A stretch of DNA of 64,000 nucleotides from a virus: IMG/VR virus record IMGVR_UViG_3300032240_002285, positions 1 to 64,000 of that record. One strand, written 5' to 3'. The notes below the pieces were generated by a model, which was not told the DNA's origin, made no database searches, and was given only the letters and a program-made list of their open reading frames with translations. Positions within the stretch are counted from its first letter, which is position 1. Every line of letters begins with the position of its first letter. The translations under genes were made by a program, and so were the position numbers. Below, piece after piece: positions 49,560 through 58,942 of the stretch.

Positions 49560-49940
49560 TTACTTTAGTTTTCTTAATTGGTCTCTGATTTCAATAGACC
49601 TTTCAAAATTCTGTTCTTGTATTGATTGTTTTAATTCTTGTTCAAGTTTTTCAATTGTTTCTTGATTAGTTTCTAAATTTTTGATTTTATCTCTAAGAGA
49701 AACCGCTAATTCAAAATTTTCATTTTCAATTGCATTTTCAAGTTGTGATTTTAGTTTTTCAATACTGCCGTTTGAGTTAGTGTCTGAAGGTTTGTTACTC
49801 CAGTAGTGAGTTGTGATTTTAGTTGTTCCGTCAGGGGATGTTCTGGTTTGACTTTTCCATTCACCAGGAACATTAAATTGTTCAAACATTTCATCAAATA
49901 TTCTGAACATGTCATTGTAGTTTCTTCTGTTTCCAAACAT
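49560..49940 (-). CDS. Double UVR (UvrB/C-motif) protein, candidate ClpC adaptor
   Basis: LENAIENENFELAVSLRDKI and LKQSIQEQNFERSIEIRDQL. Confidence 0.85.
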   Translation of the reverse strand: MFGNRRNYNDMFRIFDEMFEQFNVPGEWKSQTRTSPDGTTKITTHYWSNKPSDTNSNGSIEKLKSQLENAIENENFELAVSLRDKIKNLETNQETIEKLEQELKQSIQEQNFERSIEIRDQLRKLK

Positions 49941-49985
49941 AATATTAATTTTTTAATTTAAGATTTATTATTTATCTTTGTCTTA

Positions 49986-50000
49986 TCAAAAATAGTACCA
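49986..50000 (-). promoter_or_regulatory. Sigma54-like -24/-12 element
   Basis: TGGTACTATTTTTGA: GG-N10-GA spacing, compared with the consensus TGGCACG-N4-TTGC. Confidence 0.5.
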
Positions 50001-50043
50001 ACCAAGGTTTTATCTTATATAATTATAGAAATAATTTACAACC

Positions 50044-50097
50044 TGTCAATATGTCAGTATATTTTTATTTAATAAAAAAAAGTATGACAATTTGACA
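50044..50097. promoter_or_regulatory. Inverted pair of TGTCA-N3-TGTCA boxes (candidate regulator sites)
   Basis: TGTCAATATGTCA at 50044-50056 and TGACAATTTGACA at 50085-50097. Confidence 0.55.
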
Positions 50098-50102
50098 AAA
50101 TG

Positions 50103-50134
50103 TTTGGCAAAGTACGAAATTTGTTAGACCTTTG
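50103..50134 (+). promoter_or_regulatory. Bacteroidota sigmaA-type promoter for clpC
   Basis: TTTG-N20-GACCTTTG, one mismatch to TAnnTTTG. Confidence 0.55.
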
Positions 50135-50151
50135 TTAAAACTTATAAGAAT

Positions 50152-52167
50152 ATGAACGACTTAATGGACGACGACGACAAAATGATGAGCAAAAAGCAAA
50201 AAGCATCCACCGAAAGCAGTACACCTGTTTTGGACAACTTTAGCCGCGACTTAAATAAACTTGCAACTGAAGGTAAACTTGACCCTGTAATTGGTCGTGA
50301 AAAAGAAATTTTGAGAATCGCTCAAATCTTATCTCGTAGAAAGAAAAATAACCCTATCATCATCGGAGAACCTGGTTGTGGTAAAACCGCTCTGGTTGAA
50401 GGTTTGGCAATCAAAATTGTTAACGGGGAGTGTCCTCGTAATTTACTTGACAAACGAATTGTTAACTTAGACTTAACTTCAGTTGTTGCAGGTACAAAGT
50501 ACCGTGGACAATTTGAGGAGAGAATGAAAGTTATAATTGAAGAACTTCAAGCGAATCCTAACATAATTGTGTTTATTGATGAGATTCATACTTTGGTTGG
50601 CTCAGGTAACTCCTCAGGTTCTATGGATGGTTCAAACATCTTCAAACCAGCTTTATCTCGTGGAGAACTTCAATGTATTGGAGCAACTACATTAGATGAG
50701 TTCCGTAAGAACATTGAAAAGGATGGAGCGTTAGAACGTAGATTCCAAAAAGTAATTGTAGATGCATCTACAGTAGTGGAGACAATTCAAATTTTGAAAA
50801 ACGTTCGTGACAAGTATGAAGATTTTCACAAGGTATCTTATAGTGATGAGGTTATTGAAACTTGTGTAAAACTTGCTGACCGTTACATTACTGACCGTGA
50901 GTTTCCTGATAAAGCATTTGATATCTTGGATGAGGTTGGGGCTAGAATGCAGACTGAGTTAAAAGTTCCTGAGGCTATTGAAGAACTTAAACGTCAGGCA
51001 GCAGACATCAAGACTCAAAAATTAGATGTGGTTAAGAAACAAAACTACGAACAAGCAGCAGAACTTAGAGATAAGGAAAAGAAGTTGTTGATTAAACTTG
51101 AAACTGAGAAGGCTAAGTTTGAAGAAAGAATGTCTAAAGACAAACAAAAGATTACACTTGAGAGTGTTTATGATGTTGTGTCTAATATGACTAAGATTCC
51201 TGTCAACAAGATGAATGCGGATGACTCCAAAGCTCTAATGAACTTGGACAAAGAATTAATGGGTAAAGTAATTGGTCAAGACGCGGCTGTCGTTAAGATT
51301 GCTAAATCTATCAAACGTAATCGTCTTGGTATCAACAACCCTAATCGTCCTATCGGGTCATTTGTGTTCTTAGGTTCAACAGGTGTTGGTAAGACTCACT
51401 TAGCTAAGGAATTGGCGAAAGAAATGTTTGGTAGTGAAGACTCATTAATCCGTGTGGATATGTCAGAGTACCAAGAAAAACATACAGTATCCAAATTGGT
51501 CGGAGCGCCTCCAGGCTACGTTGGTTATGAAGAAGGCGGATTGTTGACTGAGAAAGTTAAGAACAAACCATATTCGGTTATCTTATTTGATGAGGTTGAA
51601 AAAGCACACAAAGACGTGTTCACAATCTTACTTCAAATTATGGATGACGGTCACGTAACAGATAGTTTAGGTAGAAAGATTAACTTCAAGAATACCTTAA
51701 TTATCCTAACTTCAAACTTAGGTGTTAAGAAGCTACAAGACTTTGGTACTGGTATCGGGTTTTCAAGCTCCACTTATGGTGAAGAAGAAATGAAGAAAGA
51801 AATCTTAATGAAAGAAATGAAAAATTTCTTCTCACCTGAATTTATCAACCGTATTGACGATACGATTGTATTCAACTCTTTAACAAACGACGATATTAAA
51901 AAAATCACCGAAATTGAACTTAAGAAGTTGGTTTCCCGTTTAGAAGAAATGAAATACAAAATCTCTTACGATGAGACTTTAGTTGATTACTTATCTAAAG
52001 TTGGTTATGATGAATTATACGGAGCACGACCATTGAAGAGAGCTATTCAAGACAAAGTTGAAGACTTGTTATCTGATGAAGTATTAACAGGTAAGATTGT
52101 TGAAGGTAAGACTTATGTCCTGAAAGTGGTTGACGAAAATGTAGTTATTCAGAAAAAAGGTAGGTAG
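50152..52167 (+). CDS. clpC: ClpC-type AAA+ unfoldase lacking the N-terminal Clp repeat domain
   Basis: Two AAA modules (GEPGCGKT, GSTGVGKT), a UVR M-domain (QNYEQAAELRD) and an IGF loop (GIGF); D1 starts after about 25 aa. Confidence 0.9.
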   Translation: MNDLMDDDDKMMSKKQKASTESSTPVLDNFSRDLNKLATEGKLDPVIGREKEILRIAQILSRRKKNNPIIIGEPGCGKTALVEGLAIKIVNGECPRNLLDKRIVNLDLTSVVAGTKYRGQFEERMKVIIEELQANPNIIVFIDEIHTLVGSGNSSGSMDGSNIFKPALSRGELQCIGATTLDEFRKNIEKDGALERRFQKVIVDASTVVETIQILKNVRDKYEDFHKVSYSDEVIETCVKLADRYITDREFPDKAFDILDEVGARMQTELKVPEAIEELKRQAADIKTQKLDVVKKQNYEQAAELRDKEKKLLIKLETEKAKFEERMSKDKQKITLESVYDVVSNMTKIPVNKMNADDSKALMNLDKELMGKVIGQDAAVVKIAKSIKRNRLGINNPNRPIGSFVFLGSTGVGKTHLAKELAKEMFGSEDSLIRVDMSEYQEKHTVSKLVGAPPGYVGYEEGGLLTEKVKNKPYSVILFDEVEKAHKDVFTILLQIMDDGHVTDSLGRKINFKNTLIILTSNLGVKKLQDFGTGIGFSSSTYGEEEMKKEILMKEMKNFFSPEFINRIDDTIVFNSLTNDDIKKITEIELKKLVSRLEEMKYKISYDETLVDYLSKVGYDELYGARPLKRAIQDKVEDLLSDEVLTGKIVEGKTYVLKVVDENVVIQKKGR

Positions 52168-52171
52168 TAAT

Positions 52172-52202
52172 AAAAGGGAGGAATTTATTTCTCCCTTTTT
52201 TT
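52172..52202 (+). terminator. Intrinsic terminator
   Basis: AAAAGGGAG...CTCCCTTTT hairpin with a T-tract. Confidence 0.8.
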
Positions 52203-52215
52203 ATATTTATCTATA

Positions 52216-52869
52216 ATGATAAATTTAATTCGTAAAATTTTATTGGAAGAAACTAAAGATGAATCTAACTTTGATAGATTACTCAATAAATTCAAAAAAA
52301 ATTTCCCCGATGAATTAAAATCTAAGGCAGATGCCATCAAAAACTTTGTAGTTAATTACGTTAAAGAAAAAGGGTATACTATTAAATTTTTAAATTCTTG
52401 TAGTACAGGTTTTAGTGGTGTCAGAACAAAAAATCAAATTATTATTTGCTCACCAGCAAATATGCATACCATAGGTGATTTTCTTTACACTATTTTTCAT
52501 GAAATAAGACATGAACAACAACTAACTGAATTCAAAGAAAAAAATCCTTTAACAGATTATGATTTAGAGGATTTTGAAACTCTATACAAACAATATTGGG
52601 ATATGGAATTGGATGCTGATAAGTTTGGTAAAGAAATGATTGCAAAACTTGTAATGGCTTTAGATATACCATTAGATTTTGCAAAACAACAATTTAATTT
52701 GTCACTATACATAAAACAATACCCCTTTATGTCAGAAGTAATCAAGCGTAATATCAAAACAATTATTGAACAAATTAAAGAACTAAAAAATGCTGGAATA
52801 GAATTCACAGATATTCAAGACCATCCAATCGTAAAACGTCATTTGGATAAGTTAGAAAACTTTTTATAA
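52216..52869 (+). CDS. HExxH zincin-like protein
   Basis: FHEIRHEQQ...ELDADKF; leader LIRKILLEE; late motif at 52204-52210. Confidence 0.7.
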   Translation: MINLIRKILLEETKDESNFDRLLNKFKKNFPDELKSKADAIKNFVVNYVKEKGYTIKFLNSCSTGFSGVRTKNQIIICSPANMHTIGDFLYTIFHEIRHEQQLTEFKEKNPLTDYDLEDFETLYKQYWDMELDADKFGKEMIAKLVMALDIPLDFAKQQFNLSLYIKQYPFMSEVIKRNIKTIIEQIKELKNAGIEFTDIQDHPIVKRHLDKLENFL

Positions 52870-52918
52870 TATAAATTTTCTTTATTTATAACTCATCGGT
52901 ATTTATTGTTAAAATTCA

Positions 52919-54934
52919 ATGCCAAATCTTGTCGCCTACAATTCTGGAAGTCCAATATCAAATGCAATTCAATTTGGAACAATCGTAATGGATGTTAACG
53001 GAGATGTACCAAAAGGTTCTCTATTATGGTGTCCTGATTTTGGTATTTGTAACCAATACATAATTATTACTGATAGTTATACCAACGGAAAAACAAACCA
53101 AGCGAACTCAAGACCTATGGGGTTCAAAACTCCAACTCTAACAACTAATGATTTAATTGAAGCGATTAATAAATTAGCAGCATCAAAATTTGCAGGTCCT
53201 TTTCTATCATTAGAAGAGGCAATCAATTGGGCCATATATCAAGGATATTTTATTACTAATCAAGAATATCCTTCAATTGTCACAAATGGTTGTGTTTTAA
53301 ATTTAGATTCAAATTTTCCTCCATCATATCCTTTAGTTTTTGATACATGGTATGACTTGACAGGAAATAACAATTTTGGTTTATTAAATAATGGGGTATT
53401 GTACGATGGCCCACTTAGAGGAAGTTTATTATTTAACGGCACTAATCAATATGTTTCATTCAGTGCAACAACAAATATTCCTGTAGGAAACTCAGACTAT
53501 ACAATTAGTGCATGGTTCAATCCAGCATCTTTAGGAACTAAAGGTATTGTGGGATGGGGTAATTATGGAACAACTAATGCGGTCAATGCCCTAAGACTTT
53601 CATCGTCAGGAATTGTAAATTATTGGCAATCAAATGATTTGTCAGCATCATATTCTTTTACTACGAATAATTGGTATAATGCTGTTGCAACATTTGATGG
53701 AACAACAAGGTCTATTTGGGTTAATGGGTCTTTAATTGGTTCAGATACTCCGTTAGGGCATAACGTTCCAAATTCTACAAATCTTACTGTGGGTGTAACA
53801 AACACAACAGAATATTTTGCAGGTAATATGGGAGAAGTTCAAATTTTTAATAGAGCGTTAAGTTCTACTGAAATTACTCAAAATTATAATGCGTTACTAC
53901 CAAGATATAATGGAACATATACGGACCCTTGTAACGGTGCACCACAGTGTACACCTACACCAACAGGTACACAAGTATTAACACCTTCACAAACTGTCAC
54001 GCCAACAGTCACTGCAACACAAACTTATACTCCAACAATTACACCAATGCCTACAGGTACACCTTTCCCAACTTTACCTAATTATCAAAGAGAATGTACT
54101 ATTTCTTTACCAGCTTGTAGAGCATCAGACCCTGCGTTTGTCAATCTTTACGAAAGCAATTATGATGGTTATAGTAATATATTAAATTGGTTGAATATTG
54201 GAAATACTCAAAATAATTACCCTTATAATATTAATAGTGAAATAGTCATTCAAAAAATATACAATAATATTGGTCAAGATATCACAATATATAACGGGTC
54301 AGGTAATGTAGAGTTAGATTTAAGTTATTACACACTTACCCAAGGAGCTCAATATTTTGTATTGTATGACGTTTATTGTAAGCCTTGTAGTTGTAATTCA
54401 GTAGCTGTTTTAACTAACCAAGTCGGCCAGTTTTCTATTTTATTTAAAGGAATTGGAAATCCTACTTCTTCACCTGTTAACTATAGTACAAGTACAGGTG
54501 GCCAAGATGCATGTTATCCTTTCAATCAATCATTATTTATATATTATGATATTGCACAAACTAACGTCGGTTTAGGTGCTCCATTGGTTGTGGGGTCTAC
54601 AATTTATTTAGATAGTGCGCGTACAACCACAGCTCCAGCGGGAGCTTATGTTATGAGAAACAATAACAAATATATTGTGAATTCAAGTGGTGTTGTAACA
54701 TCGATTGAAACAAATGTTTGTACAAACCCACCAACATTCTCACTAAAATTTAGTAAACCGACATTTACATTTAAAGTGGGAACCTCAGTGTGTACTTTCA
54801 ATGTGGGAGATTCTTATATAATCTATAATCCTAATTGTTCTTCAAGTCAAATAAGAGGTACGGTACAAAGTAAAAGTGGTGCACCTGGTGACATAACATT
54901 GACATTAATAAATTGGACCGCTTATTGTGGTTAA
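52919..54934 (+). CDS. LamG-domain virion fibre/decoration protein with a T/P-rich linker
   Basis: WYDLTGNNN, WYNAVATFDG, FNRALSSTEITQNY, PTPTPT linker; late motif at 52900-52906. Confidence 0.8.
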   Translation: MPNLVAYNSGSPISNAIQFGTIVMDVNGDVPKGSLLWCPDFGICNQYIIITDSYTNGKTNQANSRPMGFKTPTLTTNDLIEAINKLAASKFAGPFLSLEEAINWAIYQGYFITNQEYPSIVTNGCVLNLDSNFPPSYPLVFDTWYDLTGNNNFGLLNNGVLYDGPLRGSLLFNGTNQYVSFSATTNIPVGNSDYTISAWFNPASLGTKGIVGWGNYGTTNAVNALRLSSSGIVNYWQSNDLSASYSFTTNNWYNAVATFDGTTRSIWVNGSLIGSDTPLGHNVPNSTNLTVGVTNTTEYFAGNMGEVQIFNRALSSTEITQNYNALLPRYNGTYTDPCNGAPQCTPTPTGTQVLTPSQTVTPTVTATQTYTPTITPMPTGTPFPTLPNYQRECTISLPACRASDPAFVNLYESNYDGYSNILNWLNIGNTQNNYPYNINSEIVIQKIYNNIGQDITIYNGSGNVELDLSYYTLTQGAQYFVLYDVYCKPCSCNSVAVLTNQVGQFSILFKGIGNPTSSPVNYSTSTGGQDACYPFNQSLFIYYDIAQTNVGLGAPLVVGSTIYLDSARTTTAPAGAYVMRNNNKYIVNSSGVVTSIETNVCTNPPTFSLKFSKPTFTFKVGTSVCTFNVGDSYIIYNPNCSSSQIRGTVQSKSGAPGDITLTLINWTAYCG

Positions 54935-54963
54935 AAAAAAATAAAATGGTAATTTAATTTTTT

Positions 54964-55806
54964 CTACAGTATACTTCTTGTTCTCCAATCGTATGGGACT
55001 GATTTTTTGTAGTGTAATTTATTACCAAGTTCATTAATTATTTTCCGACCCATATCAATCCCATTAAACACGTCATCTATAATTACGTATTCGTTTTTAG
55101 TATGGTAGTTGTAGTATCCAATTGAGAAGTTGATACATGAAAAATCAAATTTACCTCTTAATGCATAAACATCGGTATATGGATGAACCATATATTTCAT
55201 ATTTTCATTAATCATTCCTTCAGTTAAAACTTTATTACAAGCTTGAAAAAATTTAGAATCTCTATCAAATAGAATTTGTCCAAAACATTTTTCTGTAATC
55301 ATCCAGTTTTCAGGAGCATCAAATTGAATTGCGTACCCAACATTTTGAAAGAATTCTTTATCTGCCTTCATGGAACCAATACAACCTAATTCCTCTGATA
55401 CAAAGAATGCCGCTTTCAAATTAGGTAATTCTTGTAATAGGGTTAAACAAGCAAATACTCCGCATTTATCATCACCACCAATGCCTGTTGGTTCTCCTTC
55501 ATCGTTGTATGCTTTATACGCTAACTTAAGTTGATTTTGAGTATTACGTAAATTTTCTTCACGAATATTAATTGTATCAATACCATGAACAGTGTCAGTA
55601 TGAGCGACTACGCATGGAAAGTAAAAATCTTCAGGTAAAGTTTCGGATTCTTGTTTGGTGGCGTACACATTCTTGTGTTCGTCAACATAATATGGTATGT
55701 TGTTTTCGGTTAACCATTTTTCTAAAAAGGCGACCATTCGTTCTTCATGATATGTAACCGTAGGTACGCTCAGAACTTCTTTTAATAAATCTAGGTTTTG
55801 TGTCAT
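54964..55806 (-). CDS. M20/M28/M42-clan metallopeptidase
   Basis: AHTDTV, GGDDKCG, SEELGCIGS, YHTKNE; ATG at 55806. Confidence 0.85.
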   Translation of the reverse strand: MTQNLDLLKEVLSVPTVTYHEERMVAFLEKWLTENNIPYYVDEHKNVYATKQESETLPEDFYFPCVVAHTDTVHGIDTINIREENLRNTQNQLKLAYKAYNDEGEPTGIGGDDKCGVFACLTLLQELPNLKAAFFVSEELGCIGSMKADKEFFQNVGYAIQFDAPENWMITEKCFGQILFDRDSKFFQACNKVLTEGMINENMKYMVHPYTDVYALRGKFDFSCINFSIGYYNYHTKNEYVIIDDVFNGIDMGRKIINELGNKLHYKKSVPYDWRTRSIL

Positions 55807-55810
55807 AGGA

Positions 55811-55842
55811 CAAATATACAAAATTATTTGTATTTGTCCAAA
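55811..55842 (-). promoter_or_regulatory. Bacteroidota sigmaA promoter (perfect consensus)
   Basis: TTTG-N20-TATATTTG, 4 nt before the ATG. Confidence 0.8.
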
Positions 55843-55845
55843 TTA

Positions 55846-57210
55846 TTAAAATAACTCAGGTTGATATAAGAACAAATTAAATTGTTCTTCATTCATATAT
55901 TTTTTGACATATGTATTACCATTTTTATCTTTAAACAACGTGATTATAACCATTGGTTCATTTTTATAGTCAAATCCTGTTACACGGAATTTTTGAGATG
56001 GTTCTTTTGGAGTATCATACCACATGTTTAATTCAAACTTGGACATGATTTTATTTCTAAAATTATTGAATTCTCCAAGATTTCCTTTTTCATCAAGAAT
56101 TTCAATCATTTTATCCAAATTACCTTTAACTAAATCGTGAAACATACTGTTTTCAGGAAACGAATCTCTTGTATCAAATTTCCAATAATCATCACTCCAA
56201 CCTCCAAGATTTCTTGACCCTTGAGAAACTGCAATACGATTGAATAAAGATTTAGAGTCTATTTTTTCAAAATTAAATCTTGCGACCCACATTAATAAAT
56301 TTGCAACAGTTGTTGATACTTCATTGTCAGAATACATTTCAAAACCAATTTTATCCATGAACTCATTCATTTCCAAGCTAATTTCATAATCAGCAACTTC
56401 ATTCATATCCTTTTCTCTATAGTACCTAAATTCACTCAACAAATCTTCAATATATCCAGGAAATACTGCAAACAATGACTGTGCCAATTTTTCTCTGTAA
56501 TCTTGTCTTTCTAAAATCACAGGACCATCAACAATAATTGCAGCAATCTCTTTTATTTTTTGTAAGTTTTCTTTGTTCATAAAATCGTAAAGAGAACCGT
56601 ACCCTTCTTTAAAATCTTCTATGAGGCTATATTCATCATAAAAATCCCACTGACCTTCTTTAGAAAATGCATACATTGCTTGGTCTTGTTCATTAATATC
56701 TAAAGATTCAAATAACTCATCACGACTTTCAAATTCAATAATGATTTCTGTTTGAGCTAAAGGTATTTTTTTTGAAACCGTGGTGATTGAATCGTCTGAT
56801 AGCTTAATATCGGTTGCCTCAGCTTTACCCTTAACAAATTGTTTTAATGTTTGAACTAAATCTTGTTTACCAACCAATTCATCAATCAAGTCTTTTTGCC
56901 CACTGAAAGTTCTTTTGAACTCATCCATTTTCATAGCTTTGTTTCTTGAATCACTCATCCAATAGCTTAGACTACCGTAATTGTCATATACATATAAATT
57001 GATTTTTGTACCGTATTCCTTGTTGATAAACAAATAGATTGCTCCATTGTCCGCATAACTTCTAAAAGAATATTCAGAGTCCCGACACCATCTCGTTTCA
57101 CTTCCATAATAACAAGCATCTTTGTAAGTTAATAATCTTACAACTAAAATCTCATCATCATCAAATAAAATATTTTTTTGGAGAGAACCTTCTTCTTCGT
57201 TTAGTTTCAT
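55846..57210 (-). CDS. Hypothetical late protein with a C-Y-Y-G-x-x-T-x-W-C motif
   Basis: About 454 aa; MKLNEEE leader; late motif at 57224-57231. Confidence 0.75.
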   Translation of the reverse strand: MKLNEEEGSLQKNILFDDDEILVVRLLTYKDACYYGSETRWCRDSEYSFRSYADNGAIYLFINKEYGTKINLYVYDNYGSLSYWMSDSRNKAMKMDEFKRTFSGQKDLIDELVGKQDLVQTLKQFVKGKAEATDIKLSDDSITTVSKKIPLAQTEIIIEFESRDELFESLDINEQDQAMYAFSKEGQWDFYDEYSLIEDFKEGYGSLYDFMNKENLQKIKEIAAIIVDGPVILERQDYREKLAQSLFAVFPGYIEDLLSEFRYYREKDMNEVADYEISLEMNEFMDKIGFEMYSDNEVSTTVANLLMWVARFNFEKIDSKSLFNRIAVSQGSRNLGGWSDDYWKFDTRDSFPENSMFHDLVKGNLDKMIEILDEKGNLGEFNNFRNKIMSKFELNMWYDTPKEPSQKFRVTGFDYKNEPMVIITLFKDKNGNTYVKKYMNEEQFNLFLYQPELF

Positions 57211-57277
57211 CAACAGTTTTTATTATAAATACCATTAATCTCTGTATATTTTACCAATATATTTTATAATCTACATT

Positions 57278-58039
57278 ATGAAAACTATCCAAGAAGCAAT
57301 CCAAGAGATTAAAGATTTTGATTTTAAAAATGCGACCCAACAAGAAATTGAGGCAGTCCTACCAACATTTGGTATGAATGATGAACAAACATTTGAAATG
57401 CCGCAAGAATTGAGTGAATATTTTGGATGGGGGGTTAAATTTTGGCAATACCCAAATCAACTTAGTAAACTTATTTGTTATCTTAGAGAAAAACAAATTG
57501 ATTCTTATTTAGAAATTGGTTGTAGATGGGGTGGAACTTTTATAATTTTAAATGAAGTTCTACGAAAATATAACCCACATCTTGATGCATATGCTTTAGA
57601 CCATATACCAGCTTCCGATATCCTTCATAGTTATCAACATGATTTCAAAGGAAATCCATTTGCATATATTCAAATGGATTCTAATGGTTCATATTTTTTT
57701 TATCACATGGGAGGATTCCTCACGGTTCCTACGGTACAAATGGATTGCGTACTCATTGATGGAAATCATACATATTGGGGTATTAAAGAAGATTATCATA
57801 GAGCACTTACAATGGGCGCAAAATATATAATTTTTCACGATATTGTTAATCAATCGTGTAATCCATGTAGAAAAGCTTGGAAAAATATTAAAAAAAATCA
57901 TAAGAATATTGTTGAATTCAACGACCAATATGATTCAGTTACTGGAACTTATTTAGGTATCGCAGTTGTTGAAGTAAATAAAGAAGATAAATGTTTTCCA
58001 CACTTTCAAGAATATTATCCAGATTTGTTTGGCGAATAG
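57278..58039 (+). CDS. SAM-dependent methyltransferase (Methyltransf_24-like)
   Basis: YLEIGCRWGGT, IDGNHTY, IFHDI. Confidence 0.85.
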   Translation: MKTIQEAIQEIKDFDFKNATQQEIEAVLPTFGMNDEQTFEMPQELSEYFGWGVKFWQYPNQLSKLICYLREKQIDSYLEIGCRWGGTFIILNEVLRKYNPHLDAYALDHIPASDILHSYQHDFKGNPFAYIQMDSNGSYFFYHMGGFLTVPTVQMDCVLIDGNHTYWGIKEDYHRALTMGAKYIIFHDIVNQSCNPCRKAWKNIKKNHKNIVEFNDQYDSVTGTYLGIAVVEVNKEDKCFPHFQEYYPDLFGE

Positions 58040-58059
58040 AGTATTTATTCTTACATTTG
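58028..58059 (+). promoter_or_regulatory. Host-type promoter with a nested late motif, upstream of tmRNA
   Basis: TTTG(58028)-N20-TACATTTG(58052); GTATTTAT at 58041-58048. Confidence 0.7.
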
Positions 58060-58082
58060 TGTTCACAAGTTCTTTAAAATAT

Positions 58083-58491
58083 GGGGATGGCCAGGCATTT
58101 GATTTCAGGTGTTAAGGGTAAGTTGCAAGTAGTCAGATTTTATCTATGACTTAAATCTATGGTAAAGAAGAATAACAGGCAATACATTTGCAAAATTAGC
58201 AGCTTTAGGTTTAACTAAAGAAGCTGGTGTTACAGTAGCTTAATAGTGAACTAACAGACGAGTCGGTGAGCATATAACTTGGGAACAGAAGCTCTTAAAG
58301 TGGATACTACTTAGTGTGTCAAAAGGTCTCGTTCAGAGGACTACCTTAATAAAAGTGAACTCGACACAGTTATTGGTAACAATGTCAAAATAGGAACCAA
58401 TTATTTTTCTATTGAGAACTAATAGAATAAACTTGTAGTAACTTGCTGTTAAGCAGGAAAGACCGCGGTTCGACTCCGCGCATCTCCACCA
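58083..58491 (+). ncRNA. ssrA: tmRNA (SsrA)
   Basis: 5' GGGGATG pairs with 3' CATCTCC-ACCA, with a G3-U70 pair; T-arm CGCGG-TTCGACT-CCGCG; tag frame 58178-58243. Confidence 0.92.
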
Positions 58492-58494
58492 AAT

Positions 58495-58527
58495 AAAAAA
58501 AGAATCTCTCTGAGGTTCTTTTTTTTT
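58495..58527 (+). terminator. Intrinsic terminator
   Basis: AAAAAAAGAATCTC tct GAGGTTCTTTTTTT. Confidence 0.75.
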
Positions 58528-58557
58528 ATAAAAATTTTCAGTACATTTGTAAAAGAT

Positions 58558-58941
58558 ATGGGGACCGATTGTAATATATGTAGTGATAAGTGTTATGGTA
58601 GAATTGGTTACCACGGCAGTTGTTGTTCTCTAGAAGATAGAGATTATATAATCGGGCCCCATCCAGATACGGAGGATTTTATTAAAAAATTATCTTCAAA
58701 ATTAGGAAGAGAAATATATGAAGAAGACGTATTCATCGGATATGAGGAAGGAAGAAAACTATTCCCTTACAAGACTAGTTGGCAAAATCGAGATTCTTAT
58801 CCCGCATTTAGAATTGATTTTTTTAATCCTAAGTTACCTTGTATATTCTACAATACAAAAATAAAAGCTTGTAGTATATATGATATAAGACCTCAAACTT
58901 GTAGAGAATATGAGTGTGAGTATCTTTCCAACAACACTTAA
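58558..58941 (+). CDS. YkgJ-family cysteine-cluster protein
   Basis: CxxCxxxC...CC, CIFY, CSIYDIRPQTCREYEC; TACATTTG at 58542-58549. Confidence 0.85.
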   Translation: MGTDCNICSDKCYGRIGYHGSCCSLEDRDYIIGPHPDTEDFIKKLSSKLGREIYEEDVFIGYEEGRKLFPYKTSWQNRDSYPAFRIDFFNPKLPCIFYNTKIKACSIYDIRPQTCREYECEYLSNNT

Positions 58942-58942
58942 C

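Noticed and set aside
50152-52167. ClpB disaggregase, or a pseudogenised ClpC
   Set aside because: The short UVR M-domain and IGF loop indicate ClpC; the ORF is intact with its own promoter and no upstream N-domain remnant
32551-57231. Canonical T4 late promoters TATAAATA on the + strand
   Set aside because: The listed copies sit just upstream of minus-strand genes, so the functional reading is TATTTATA on the coding strand
58333-58614. 93-aa minus-strand ORF
   Set aside because: Antisense to the tmRNA 3' half and its terminator
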